From Candidatus Poribacteria bacterium (GTDB lineage Bacteria > Poribacteria > WGA-4E > JAJDTR01): a stretch of DNA of 64,000 bases. The stretch's first letter is position 1. Each line of letters opens with the position of its first letter. Under the pieces are notes generated by a model that did no database searches, was not told where the DNA came from, and worked only from the letters and a program-made list of their open reading frames with translations. The position numbers and the translations under genes were made by a program. Where the stretch lies: positions 2,432,001 through 2,496,000 of the forward strand of contig CBDCTK010000002.1 in assembly GCA_965222225.1 (NCBI GenBank). The letters are read 5' to 3'. Below are positions 8,579 through 19,658 of this stretch, piece by piece.

Positions 8579-11512
8579 ATGCCACGTAGACTCATTGAGG
8601 AAGCCTTTCCACTAAAGAAGGTTTCTGCGGACTCAAAACACGAACAAGACGTTAATCAGGGAAAACCCAATAGCTTGCAATATTGGCCCGCGAGGCGACC
8701 TCTCGCTGTTTGCAGAGCGGTAACCCTAGCGACACTTTTGCCCGATCCCAGCGAAGCGCCGGAGCGAATTAAGACGGAATATGTTCGACTGGCAGGATCG
8801 CTGTTGCTTGAAAAACAGCGTGACTATCTCTGCAAACTTATTGAGTCGCTAACGCGTTGGGGCGACGAAAACGGTCATGGGGATTGGGATGATAAAGACC
8901 AGAAGGGGCGGTGGGTGAACAAACTGAGAATCGCCAGAGAACTGGTTCAAATGGCGAATGATGGACGGACGCCGAAAGTATTGGACATGTTCGCTGGGGG
9001 CGGGGCGATTCCGCTTGAAGCCATGCGGCTGGGTTGCGATGTCACGGCAAACGATTACAATCCCGTGGCATGGTTTATTCTCAAATGCACGCTCGAATAT
9101 CCACGGCGCTTCGCAGGTAAAACCTATCGGGTTCCTAGTCTCAATCTTAATGAAACGCACGATCTGGGCAGGGGAAACCTCGCTGACCATGTCCGATTGT
9201 GGGGGCAGTGGGTCTTGGAGAACGTCCGTAAAGAACTGCAACCGTACTATCCTGCAGTTGATAACAAACCCACGGTCGCCTATCTCTGGGCGAGGACGAT
9301 TCCATGCCAAGATCCAAAGTGTAGTGGGACAATCCCGTTGCTCAAGACGCTGTGGCTATGCAAGAAGGCGGAAAAAACACTTGAGGATACGCCCGAAAAC
9401 CGAAGGAGGCGCGACTTTCTCCGAACCAAAGACACGAAAAAGAAGAACAAAGTGGTCATCAACGGAAGGCGGGTTTTGAAACTCGTCCTGGATGGTGAGA
9501 CGAAGCGGGTACGTTTTGAGATTGTCGCGCCTCATAGCGCAGACGATGTTGGGGAACCCACGATGACAGGCCCCACAGCTACTTGCCCATTTTGCGGCTC
9601 TCAGCAACCGCGTGAATATATCAAGCGCTGCGGTCACGAGCGCAAACTCAAGGCACAAATGACGGTGGTCGTTTACCAGGAGGAGTATGGCAAGGAGTAC
9701 CGTCCGCCTACACTAGCGGAGACTGAGGCAGTAGAGGTACCAAGAGACGCATTGGATTCAGTTACCAATGAAATTGCATATGGACTCCCTGACGAATCAT
9801 TACCAAGCAGCGATACCTCAGGCGCCGGGCGAGCATTTACGGTGCCACTCTACGGCTTAACGAAATGGTCCGATTTGTTCACGGCGAGGCAGTTGTTTGC
9901 GTTGATGATATTTGTCAAGTGGACAAATTCTGCAAAGTCTGAAATGGACAAGTGGCAGTATCCCACGGAGTGGATCGAAGCCGTATCGGCATACCTTGCG
10001 CTTCTAATTAATAAAGTCGCCGACTACAACTGCACTTGTGCAAATTGGAACCCGAAGGATGAAGCGGTTGGTAATTTGTTCGTTGCTGCGAGGATTCCAA
10101 TCACATGGGATTACGTCGAAACGAACATGATTGGTGATGGAGTAGGTTCATATCAAAGCCGTCGAACAATGCAAAATCGTATTTTTTCCCGCTTATTCTC
10201 TTGGTTTCGTGAATCAGATCCTTTACCTTCGGTAATCTGCGGTGATGTCCTGAAGACAGAATTTCCGTTTAATGTGGACCTCATCGTAACTGACCCGCCA
10301 TACTACGATGCTATTCCTTATGCCGATACTTCAGACTTCTTCTTCGTGTGGAACAAAAGAAACGGATTCATTCCAGAAACGCTAGAGCCTCAAACGGCCG
10401 ATTCAGTAGTGCCAAAGCAGGGGGAATTAATTCAGCATACAGCGCGGTTCGGAGGAAATAAAGATAAGGCAACAGCGCATTATACAAACGGTATGACAAA
10501 AGCATTTGAGAAAGCACACCATGCCATGTCTGCAGATGGGCTTCTCGTTATCGTTTTTGCGCACAAAGAACCGAACGCGTGGGAGGCACTATTGAAAGGA
10601 ATTATTGGAGCAGGGTTTAAGGTAACAGCATCATGGCCGATTGATACGGAAAAGACAACCCGAGTTCGAGCTATTAGCTCCGCTTCTCTCGCAACTTCAC
10701 TTTGGATAGTTTGTAGGAAGCGTTCGGAAAATGCTAAAGTGGGACATTATCGCGGAGTCAGGCGAGAAATGCAGCAACGGATAACCGAACGATTGCGCTA
10801 TTTTTGGGACGCGGGGATTCAGGGCCCCGACTTCGTTTGGGCGGCAATCGGACCCGCATTGGAAAGTTATTCAAGCTATAAGGAAGTGCGACGGCAAACG
10901 AGAGAAGCCTTTTCCGTACACGAATTTCTCACAGAAGTGCGACGCATGGTGACCGACTTTGCATTGGGACAAATCTTGTACGGCGCGAGTACGGAGGCGT
11001 TGGACGAATGGACTCGCTACTACTTAATGCATAGGAACTACTTCGGAACGGTAGAGGCGCCTGGCGGGGAATGCATCTTGTTGGCGCAGGGATACGGCCT
11101 CTCGCTTAATGATTTGACCGCGGCGGGAATCGGGATTTTGAAAAAGGCCTCGTCAGGCAGTGCGCTTCGCCTGTTGGGACACGCTGACCGATCCGCCGAC
11201 CGGGTGGGGGGACGACATGCCTCCGGGGCGCTGCCCATCATAGACATGATTCATCACATCATGAAGCTGTGGGAGGCGGGGGATAGAACGCAAATCAACG
11301 CCTACCTCGCGGAGCATGGGATTCACGAAAATAACCTGTATAGGTCGGTCATCCAAGCGCTTATCGAAATGAGTTCACAGGGTTCGTCTGAAAGATCGCT
11401 GTTGGAAACAATCATCAACTATAGACCGAGCCAGACGGCAAGCGGAGGGACGTTGGGTTCAACGGTAAGCGAGGAGGACCCGCAATACCTCATTGAAGGC
11501 GTAGAGCCATAA
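8579..11512 (+). CDS. DUF1156-family amino-DNA (adenine) methyltransferase with Zn ribbon
   Basis: N-terminal RRLIEEAFPL...YWPARRPLA, LDMFAGGGAIPLEA (SAM binding), CxxxxC and CPFC, TDPPYYD catalytic motif, SWPIDTE. Confidence 0.9.
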   Translation: MPRRLIEEAFPLKKVSADSKHEQDVNQGKPNSLQYWPARRPLAVCRAVTLATLLPDPSEAPERIKTEYVRLAGSLLLEKQRDYLCKLIESLTRWGDENGHGDWDDKDQKGRWVNKLRIARELVQMANDGRTPKVLDMFAGGGAIPLEAMRLGCDVTANDYNPVAWFILKCTLEYPRRFAGKTYRVPSLNLNETHDLGRGNLADHVRLWGQWVLENVRKELQPYYPAVDNKPTVAYLWARTIPCQDPKCSGTIPLLKTLWLCKKAEKTLEDTPENRRRRDFLRTKDTKKKNKVVINGRRVLKLVLDGETKRVRFEIVAPHSADDVGEPTMTGPTATCPFCGSQQPREYIKRCGHERKLKAQMTVVVYQEEYGKEYRPPTLAETEAVEVPRDALDSVTNEIAYGLPDESLPSSDTSGAGRAFTVPLYGLTKWSDLFTARQLFALMIFVKWTNSAKSEMDKWQYPTEWIEAVSAYLALLINKVADYNCTCANWNPKDEAVGNLFVAARIPITWDYVETNMIGDGVGSYQSRRTMQNRIFSRLFSWFRESDPLPSVICGDVLKTEFPFNVDLIVTDPPYYDAIPYADTSDFFFVWNKRNGFIPETLEPQTADSVVPKQGELIQHTARFGGNKDKATAHYTNGMTKAFEKAHHAMSADGLLVIVFAHKEPNAWEALLKGIIGAGFKVTASWPIDTEKTTRVRAISSASLATSLWIVCRKRSENAKVGHYRGVRREMQQRITERLRYFWDAGIQGPDFVWAAIGPALESYSSYKEVRRQTREAFSVHEFLTEVRRMVTDFALGQILYGASTEALDEWTRYYLMHRNYFGTVEAPGGECILLAQGYGLSLNDLTAAGIGILKKASSGSALRLLGHADRSADRVGGRHASGALPIIDMIHHIMKLWEAGDRTQINAYLAEHGIHENNLYRSVIQALIEMSSQGSSERSLLETIINYRPSQTASGGTLGSTVSEEDPQYLIEGVEP

Positions 11513-11547
11513 CCACAAAGAAAATCCGATGGGATAGGAGATTCCAC

Positions 11548-14500
11548 ATGGACAATATGGCATGGCATGAAAACTGTGTATTACGAGACGATGTGCGTCA
11601 AGGCACATTGACACTTGCAGAGTTTGCAGCAGATCTCAATGCGGTTCGAATGGGCGATGCACCTCACGTTTATCGCTTGCCGAAATTGTTTTTTGACCGC
11701 ACCTACCCCACCGACAATCTCAAGTCGTTGGTTCGGGACGTGCTTCATCGGCTAGCCGCACACGGCGGCAATCCGGTGATTCGCGTGCAAGTTGCTTACG
11801 GCGGTGGGAAAACCCATGCGCTCATTGCATTGCTGCATTTGGCTGAGCGTGGGACTGAACTGGAAGCGCACCCCACCGTGGGTGAGTTTCTGGGTTTCAG
11901 TGGGTTAAACCAGTTGCCACAGGCGAGAGTCGCCCTGCTTCCGTTCGACAAATTCGACGTGATTGAAGGACTTTCCGTCCTGGGACCTGACGGCACACCG
12001 CGACAGGTCAAAACGCCGTGGGGCGCGTTGGCGTATCAACTGGCGGGGGATGGAGGATTGGGACGGGTTTCCGAGCATGAAAGCCGTTATACTATTCCCG
12101 CTGAACCGATACTTGTTGAATTGTTGAAAACGCCGCAAGCCTCGGGACTGTCTACGCTCATTCTGATGGACGAGACGCTTTGGTACATGCGGAATGCGGT
12201 CAGCGACGATCCCAACAGATTAGGGGATCTTCGAGATTTTTTCCAAGTGCTCACGCAGGCGGTTGGCAAGGTTGACCGCGCGGCGCTGGTTGCCAGCGTC
12301 ATCTCGAACGATATGGTGTCTGACGATCCGGTTAGTATTCAGTGCCTTAGTGCGCTGGAGAGAATGTTCCGCCGCGTGGAGAAAACGACAGAGCCGGTGT
12401 CGGGGGAAGATATCCCGGAACTGCTCAGGCGGCGCTTGTTTGAATCCGTCGACACGCGTAACCAACGCCGCCCCATCGTCGATCGCCTCACCACCACGAT
12501 GCAACGGCTGCCGCTTAGACCCTCACAGCGGGATCAGTCTGCGAAAGAGCGACTGCTCGAATCCTATCCCTTCCACGCCGATTTGCTTGACGTGTTATAT
12601 CAGAAATGGACGGGGCTCAACAAGTTCCAACGGACGCGCGGCGTCTTACGGATGTTCGCCATCGCGCTAAGGGATGCTGAAGGAAAGGACCCGGCGCCGT
12701 TTGTGGGACCGGGGACACTACTCGGAAGCGATGGCGAACTTTCGGAAGCCGTTCGCGAACTGATCTAAACCTGCGACGAAGGTAATCAGTGGACGCCGAT
12801 TCTGAGCGGGGAACTGGGCAGAGCGCGCGACATTCAGGCGAATCGAAATCGATTAAAAAAGCATCGGGAGATTGAACAAGCCATTGTCGCCACCTTTCTG
12901 CATTCACAACCGTCCGGGCAAAAGGCGGATGAAAGCGACCTATACGCCTTGCTGGCGCACTCGGAGATCGATCCTCTGTCGGTAGAGGATGGGCTCGAGA
13001 AATGGCGAGAAATCTCATGGTTTCTCAAAGAGAACGACACGAGTTGGAGCCTGAGCATAGCGTCAAACCTCACCAAAATGCACGTTGAGGCAACTCGTCG
13101 ACTGAACACAGACGGCATCAACCACGAACTTCTTCAGCGGATAAAGGCGGCAAAACTCGGTCAGACGAGCGAGGATCTTGCGGTACATGCCTTGCCCGAT
13201 TCGGCTAATGATATTTCGGATAACGCCAATCTCCACTTTGTGATTGTCCCCCCGGAGTGCACGGCGGTACCGGGTGAGGAGATATCCGACTTCCTCAAGG
13301 CGTACTTCGAGCGAACCTACAAGAACCATGTTATTATACTCGCTCCGGATCACGCCCGATTGACGGGAGTGCGCAACTCCATTCGCAATGTCCTCGCTTG
13401 GCAATCCATAGAAAGTGGCGACGAGATGGACACTCTGAGCGAATCACAGAAGGCGCTGCTACGAAAGCGGAAACGCGATGATGAACACAGTATATCGGAT
13501 TCCGTGAAATCGGCATATAGTGTACTGATTGCACTTGACGAGGATGGCGACATTGAGGCGCGGCAAGTGCCGCTTGGGACGCAACCCGCTATTGAACGCG
13601 TGACGGCTTTCTTGGGGGACGAGGAAAGATTGTTGACAAGTTCACTTGATCCGGATCTCCTTACGCCGACGAGTGACTTGAAGTTGTGGGGCGACGATGA
13701 AAACTCAAAGTCTGTGCAAGGGTTGTACGGCATGTTTGCCAGCGTTGCGAGGCTGCCGCGAATGCTGAGCCGTAAAGTATTCCTTGAAACGCTTCGGCGC
13801 GGCGTTGCGGAAGGGACGATTGTTCTCCGCGACGTGCGCGGGGATGGTTCTCAGAACACCTACTGGCGCCACTCTCCGTCCGACGATCTCCTGTGGCAGA
13901 GGGGAGTGGAAATCCTGCCGCTAGTGCACGCCGAACTCCATCGGCTCGAACCTGAATTACTCCGACCCAACGCAATACCGGAACTGTGGCAGCCTGATGA
14001 GTACCCTCTCAAAGTGTCCGCGATCCTGGAATACTTCAACGGGGAGGAAGCTCCCAAACTTGCCTCGGACGCGATTCTTTTTGGTGCCGTAAAATCCGCC
14101 ATTGAGGCGCGTTTCGTGATGGGGCGCAGCGGGAGAGAAGATTATATTGGCGAAGATGTCGCCGATGCCGCGATTGACGTTGACTGGGAGTTGTTGCCTC
14201 CCCCTGCGGAGATTCGCGGGTCGGAGATTACACGGCATACGCTGCCCAAGGCGTGGGAAGGGGACACCTCGACCGTCGGAAGAGTGAGGGATGCTCTTGG
14301 CGAACAGAGGGGTGCTAAACCTTCATGGGCCCTGATTAAGGATGCGGTGAACAAGGGTGTAGAAGGTCGGCTTTTCGAAGTTACGACGCAGAACTGGCCG
14401 TGCTCGCCTCAGGAAGCAGATGCAGTAGGTTTGCGAGAATCAGAGGAGCCAATGAGGTTAGATGCCCTTGAGATTGCGGTGGCAATTCGCGGCACATCCG

Positions 14501-14889
14501 GTTCCGTCACTCTCGGGTGGATTAAGGAAACGCTTGAATCGGAGAAGGGCTTATCTATTCCTGATGACATCTTCCGCTCCGCCGCCAACCAAGCCTTGAA
14601 TCTTAAGTTGATTATCTCGGAGGGACCGCCGGTTGATGATTTTTACCAAACGCGTGTGCGGCAGCCCGACTGGGTGGGCCATTTTGAATCACACCTCACT
14701 GAGAGCCAAATTCAGGATCTGGCTGAAAGGATTGGCAGACTATTTGAAATCGCGCCGGAACTTGAGTTTGAATTTCGGCTCGTCGGCACGGCGGAAGGTG
14801 AACGCCCGTCAGATGAGGTGTTGGAGCGGTTAGACGAGATACTCGGCGGGGTCGCGGATTCATTGAAGTTTAATCCGGACGGCTCGTAA
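11548..14889 (+). pseudogene. DUF499-family AAA+ ATPase (~1113 aa) interrupted by an in-frame TAA at 12766-12768
   Basis: EFAADL, YGGGKTH (Walker A), LILMDE (Walker B), YPFH, FQRTRGVLR. The frame continues past the TAA (TCDEGNQWTPILSGEL...ATFLHSQP) directly into ORF 12949-14889. Confidence 0.85.
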
Positions 14890-14991
14890 GCAGTTGGGAG
14901 CCATAGAATGATGGTGTGAGTATCGCAACAGTTGAGTGACGGAAGAAAGGCAATGCCGAAAACTACACCCCACAGCGTGCCGTGAGAAAAA

Positions 14992-15510
14992 ATGTCCACC
15001 GATGTCCTAGAAACGTACGTGGAAAAGATGAAGCACTTGAAAATAGACAGGGCACACGGTCCCGCGCCCCACAAGCCGGTGCTTCTGCTGTCGCTTATTG
15101 CGCTGATTGAGAGAGGACAGATTCACGAAAACAGAATTACCGTGACTCCCGAATTGGCGGAAACTTTCGCCAAATACTGGCTGCGAGTCACCGAGCGGCC
15201 GCCCAATATCGGGATGCCTTTTTTTCACCTAAGAAGTGATGGATTTTGGCATCACCATGCAAATTCCGGGTACGAAAGGGTGTTGGAGGTTACCTCAAGT
15301 ATTAGAACAATGCCCCACCTGCGTGAAGTCATTTCACATGCTAGTTTGGATGAAGAGTTTTTCGATTTGTTAAAAGACGCCGGAAATCGAGAGTCAGTCC
15401 GCCAAACGCTTATCCGCACGTATTTTCCAGATTTCGAGGGTGCAATCGAACGCCTCATCGGGGACGAACGCCAAATTAGAGAATACTCAAGACGACTGTA
15501 CGAGGCCTAG
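14992..15510 (+). CDS. SBD (phosphorothioate-DNA sulfur-binding)-like N-terminal domain of an HNH restriction endonuclease; HNH domain absent
   Basis: APHKPVLLLSLI and PFFHLRSDGFW motifs; the ORF stops before any CxxC/HNH region. Confidence 0.65.
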   Translation: MSTDVLETYVEKMKHLKIDRAHGPAPHKPVLLLSLIALIERGQIHENRITVTPELAETFAKYWLRVTERPPNIGMPFFHLRSDGFWHHHANSGYERVLEVTSSIRTMPHLREVISHASLDEEFFDLLKDAGNRESVRQTLIRTYFPDFEGAIERLIGDERQIREYSRRLYEA

Positions 15511-15550
15511 TCGAAAACCAACCGACTCCATAGTCTGCCCCCGTCCTCGG

Positions 15551-16227
15551 TTAGCCGATGGGTTTTTTGGCGACAATCCCCCAATTCGTGAACGGGAACG
15601 GCGTATACTCCCAAAACCGATCAGGACGTGCCAAGTGCGTAATCACCTGTTCCGCCAGCACCAGGAACTCCCAGCCCGCGAACAGATCTCGAATACCCGC
15701 CTCTTTGAAGTAGTGGTGCGGGACGCCGCTTTCGTCGCCGATATCGTGGATGAAGGTGCCAGGCTCGATTTCTACCCCCTGTCCGGCGAAATCCGCTTTG
15801 TCCGATTTGAGCGTGACCATCAAAATTCCGCCGGGGATTAGCGAACGATAAACCTGAGACACGGAATCCCGAATCGTGGCAAGCCTGTTATGGTGCAACA
15901 CATTCCAACTGACCACGCCGTGGAAATAGCCGGGGACCAAGGGCACTCTGTCATATCCGCCAACCGAACGTCGGCGGACAGTTCAAACTCCGTTAACCGT
16001 TCCATTGTCAAATCAATGGCGCGCGGCGCGTTATCAGTCGCACAGACATCGTATCCGAGCCGGGAAAGCGCCACGGTGTGCCGACCGGCACCGCACCCGA
16101 GGTCCCAGAAATTCAGCGGTCTTTCGTCAAATGCGCCTTCCACGATGCGGCAAAACCGATAGACAGCGGTCTCCGGGATTAGCTCCCGATTTTTCTCATC
16201 TGCAAACAACTCATTCCATGATGCCAA
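15551..16227 (-). pseudogene. Class I SAM-dependent methyltransferase, frameshifted at a homopolymer run near 15932-15935
   Basis: DLGCGAGRH in ORF 15838-16227; FHGVVSWNVLHH...LIPGG in ORF 15551-15946. Confidence 0.75.
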
Positions 16228-16247
16228 GATTCAGTCCTCCGATTTAT

Positions 16248-16276
16248 TTGACATTGTCCCGACCCTGTGCTATCAT
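16248..16276 (+). promoter_or_regulatory. sigma70-type promoter
   Basis: TTGACA-17 bp-TATCAT with a TG extension. Confidence 0.55.
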
Positions 16277-16449
16277 AGATATGTGATTGAAAAAAGTAAA
16301 GGCAAATCAAGCGTGATGTGTTTTATAAACGGACATCATAATAATAACCTTAGGTGGACAAATGTCCATCACACGCGAGGAGTGTGCCTTTGCTGAAATG
16401 AATTTATAATCTATATTTTACAAACATCTTAACAACCAAAATTCTTTTC

Positions 16450-16491
16450 AAGCCGTGGGCACATGATTCGTCATCGTCCACGGCTTTTTTT
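16450..16491 (+). terminator. Rho-independent terminator / possible attenuator
   Basis: AAGCCGTGGGC...GTCCACGGCTT stem followed by a T run. Confidence 0.65.
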
Positions 16492-16564
16492 GTGATCGCT
16501 GTCCGGATTTAAGTGCATCCGAAATTGTGTTACAGGGAACAACGACCGATGCAAGAACTCACGA

Positions 16565-16762
16565 CTATAGTCATCACAGCTATGAATTATACATCTTGGG
16601 CTCTCGTTGTTCGGTCTGTCGCAGTGTAATTTATTGCGCGTCTTCTGTCGGAGCGAGCTCTGCTCGCAATATGAAGTCGCGACCTGGAGATCGAGGAATT
16701 TCTATCGCGTTCCTTGTTCAGTCACTTGATCCTACAGGCTGCTACACTGCGAAAGTCCTAAC
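16565..16762. mobile_element. MITE/REP composite, inverted relative of 3384-3520, interrupted by a micro-element
   Basis: CTATAGTCAT terminus; AATTTATTGCGCGT...CTGTCGGAGCGAGC matches the reverse complement of 3426-3460. Confidence 0.6.
16695..16731 (-). repeat. 36-37 nt GATC-bounded structured micro-element, copy 1
   Basis: Reverse complement reads GATCAA GT GA CT GAACA AG GA AC GC G ATAG AA ATTCC. Confidence 0.8.
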
Positions 16763-16873
16763 GAAATAGTAAAACGACAGATGCAAAAACTAATGACGAA
16801 TGAAAACAACTCCATCAATATTCGAGACCGGAGTGGATTAGGCCCAACATATTGTCTGACGAAGGGACATCTT

Positions 16874-19090
16874 ATGACTTATAAATTAGGCGCTTGGCAA
16901 AAGCGTTGCTTTTTCCTACTGTTTCTCTGGCTGTTATCGCCCATGATTGTCGGCGCAGCGCCGGAGGTTACACAACTCCGAGCCGAGGCGCACCGCACTT
17001 CTCAGCGCATCAAAATCGACGGCGAACTTAGTGAAGCCGATTGGCAGCGGGTAGAACCCATCCGCCGATTTGTTCAGATTGAACCGGACGAGGGGAAACC
17101 GATTTCGCAGCCGACGGAGGTACGCATCCTTTATGACAATCGGAATCTCTACTTCGGATTTACCTGTTCTGACTCCGATATTTCCCAGTTGGTTGCCAAC
17201 GAATTGCGCCGTGACTCACGTCTGTATGAGAACGACAGCGTATATGTGCTTTTGGACACCTACAACGATCGGCGCGGCGGATTTTTCTTTCGCGTCAACG
17301 CATTGGGGGCTATGCAGGACACGAGTATATCAGGCAGCGGCGATACATGGAACAACAACTGGGATGCGGTATGGACGTGCCGCGCCAAGATTAACGAGGA
17401 TAACTGGACGGCGGAGATTGCCATTCCTTTCAGCCAACTCCGTTTCACACAGAGCGACGTGATGGAGTGGGGGATGAATCTGGGGCGGAAAATTAGCCGG
17501 AACAACGAAGAGGCAACGTGGGCTCCGGTGTCCAAAGCCTATCGAGAGGGCGGCGTACGAGAGTTCCGTACCGCCAACATCGGAAGCCTGGGTGGTTTGA
17601 AGGGGATTTCTCCTTCTCGGCATATAGAGTTGTTGCCCTATGTCCTGCCGGGATTTGCTCTATCGGACGATGATGAATCTCAAACCAAACGAGTGCTGGA
17701 CATCGGATTGGATGTGAAGTACGGCATCACCCCCAATCTTACCGGCGATCTCACGTTTAACACCGATTTCGCGCAGGTCGAGGCGGACCGAGAGCAAATC
17801 AATTTGACGCGATTCAGCCTGTTCTTCCCGGAGAAGCGCCCCTTTTTTCTGGAAGGATCCGGCTTTTTTGATTTCGGCATCTCGTCCAACTCGTGGTTCC
17901 ACCGCCTGCTGTTCTACAGTCGGCGCATCGGTCTGGAGGAAGGGCGCGCCATACCCATCATAGCCGGAGGCAAACTTACGGGAAAAATCGGGGAGTACGG
18001 CGTCGGTTTCCTAAATGTGTTGACGAATGAATTTGACAACACAAGTTCCGCCGTTGACGCGGATGATGTCATCGTTGTACCGCGGACAAACTTTACGGTG
18101 CTACGAGCGAAACGGGACATCTCCAAAGGATCGACCGTCGGACTCATCGCCACGAACAAGCAGGACGCCGACACATACAATCGCTCTGCCGGAGTCGATT
18201 TTGTCTACCGCCCGTTCGACAATATGGATGTGAATGGCGTGTGGGCTCGCACTTTCGACGAGGGACAACCCGATCAGAACGACGCCTGGACGCTCGGCAG
18301 CCGTTGGCGCAACGACCGCTTTATGCTGGAGGGGGCATACATGGACATTGGCGAGAACCTTAATCCCGAGGTCGGATTCGTCCAGCGAAAGGGTGTCCGC
18401 CGTATCCGCACCGACATGCGTTATACCCCTTGGCCCGGGGTCTTGGGTATTCGCCGCATCATCACGGGACCGGAGATTGGCTTGTTCTTTAACCAAGAGG
18501 GCGAATTGGAAACCCGAATACTTACACTCGCCGATTGGGTTAATTTTGAAAGTGACGACTGGCTGCAATTTGGCGCGCAGCGAATCATGGAACGCCTTGA
18601 CGAGGATTTCGAGGTACATGAGGGATTCATTATCCCGGCCGGCGAATACCATTTCAGTAAGTACAACGTCGGTATTTTCACCGATCGTGCGGAGAAAATC
18701 TCCGGTTATTTTCGCCTGAATCTTGGCAGTTTCTTCAATGGGGATAAACGCGGATTTGAAAGTGGAGCGAATTTCAATCCGAGTCCGCAAGTGCTCATCG
18801 AATCGCGGTATCAGTTCAATCGGGTCACGCTCCCAGACGGATCTTTCAACACCCATGTGGTCGGGACGCGCGTTGTCTATTCCGTATCGACAACCCTTTT
18901 CGGGAAACTGTACGCGCAGTGGAATAGCAGCCGGGACGTAATCTCCACCAACTTCCTGTTGAACTACATCTACCATCCCGGCAGTGATTTTTACTTGGTG
19001 TTCAACCAGAATTACGACAGCCGAGGGGCGGCTATCAAGCATATCGACTCCACGCTGGTCGGCAAAATGACGTATTGGTGGAATCTGTGA
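16874..19090 (+). CDS. CBM9-like + DUF5916 outer-membrane/secreted protein
   Basis: Signal peptide, IDGELSEADW, WTAEIAIPFSQLRF, NTDFAQVEAD, FFPEKRPFFLEG, LFYSRRIGL and a beta-rich C-terminus; start could be 16781. Confidence 0.8.
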   Translation: MTYKLGAWQKRCFFLLFLWLLSPMIVGAAPEVTQLRAEAHRTSQRIKIDGELSEADWQRVEPIRRFVQIEPDEGKPISQPTEVRILYDNRNLYFGFTCSDSDISQLVANELRRDSRLYENDSVYVLLDTYNDRRGGFFFRVNALGAMQDTSISGSGDTWNNNWDAVWTCRAKINEDNWTAEIAIPFSQLRFTQSDVMEWGMNLGRKISRNNEEATWAPVSKAYREGGVREFRTANIGSLGGLKGISPSRHIELLPYVLPGFALSDDDESQTKRVLDIGLDVKYGITPNLTGDLTFNTDFAQVEADREQINLTRFSLFFPEKRPFFLEGSGFFDFGISSNSWFHRLLFYSRRIGLEEGRAIPIIAGGKLTGKIGEYGVGFLNVLTNEFDNTSSAVDADDVIVVPRTNFTVLRAKRDISKGSTVGLIATNKQDADTYNRSAGVDFVYRPFDNMDVNGVWARTFDEGQPDQNDAWTLGSRWRNDRFMLEGAYMDIGENLNPEVGFVQRKGVRRIRTDMRYTPWPGVLGIRRIITGPEIGLFFNQEGELETRILTLADWVNFESDDWLQFGAQRIMERLDEDFEVHEGFIIPAGEYHFSKYNVGIFTDRAEKISGYFRLNLGSFFNGDKRGFESGANFNPSPQVLIESRYQFNRVTLPDGSFNTHVVGTRVVYSVSTTLFGKLYAQWNSSRDVISTNFLLNYIYHPGSDFYLVFNQNYDSRGAAIKHIDSTLVGKMTYWWNL

Positions 19091-19216
19091 CAACGATACA
19101 TCTTTGGTTTCAATGCCCCGAAGTACTGTGATGGTAGTCGTTGAATCGAATAAAACCCTATCGTGTTTAAAGCTCAACCAGAACGGATGCTCTGGTTAAC
19201 TCGTGGATGGCAAACT

Positions 19217-19658
19217 ATGAAAGCCTATATCTCCATAAAATACCGTGCAGACAACGGTAACAAAGATTGCATTCAAAAAATCTCATCCGCTCTTGAGCAA
19301 AACGGCTTTGAAACCGTATGTGTCGCCCGTGACATTGAGAAATGGGGAGGGGTTCAATTAAGTCCTCACGAGTTGATGCAACGGACATTTACCGAAATTG
19401 ATTCGAGCAACCTACTCGTGGTCGATTTGACAGAGAAAGGAGTAGGATTGGGCATCGAAGCGGGATACGCACACGCCAAGCAAATTCCGATTGTCGTAAT
19501 TGCCAAAGAAGGGGTCGGACGTTTCAACGACTTTACTGGGGATTGCGCAGCAACTGTTCTTGTATGATGAATTCGAAAATCTTAACCAATTGTTTCAAGG
19601 TATAACTTCCTTGGACATTGGTACAAGCCCTCGCGTTGACTGGGGAATGAAATGCTAA
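19217..19658 (+). pseudogene. Nucleoside 2-deoxyribosyltransferase-like protein with a +1 frameshift at the G run near 19510-19514
   Basis: KAYISIKY and DLTEKGVGLGIEAGYA; the shifted frame continues GSDVSTTLLGIAQQLFLYDEF. Confidence 0.65.

Noticed and set aside
18101-19177. Long antisense ORFs (also 20534-21289, 22478-23179, 24784-25788, 35637-36371, 50813-51493)
   Set aside because: They are shadows of well-supported genes on the opposite strand and contain no recognisable motifs.
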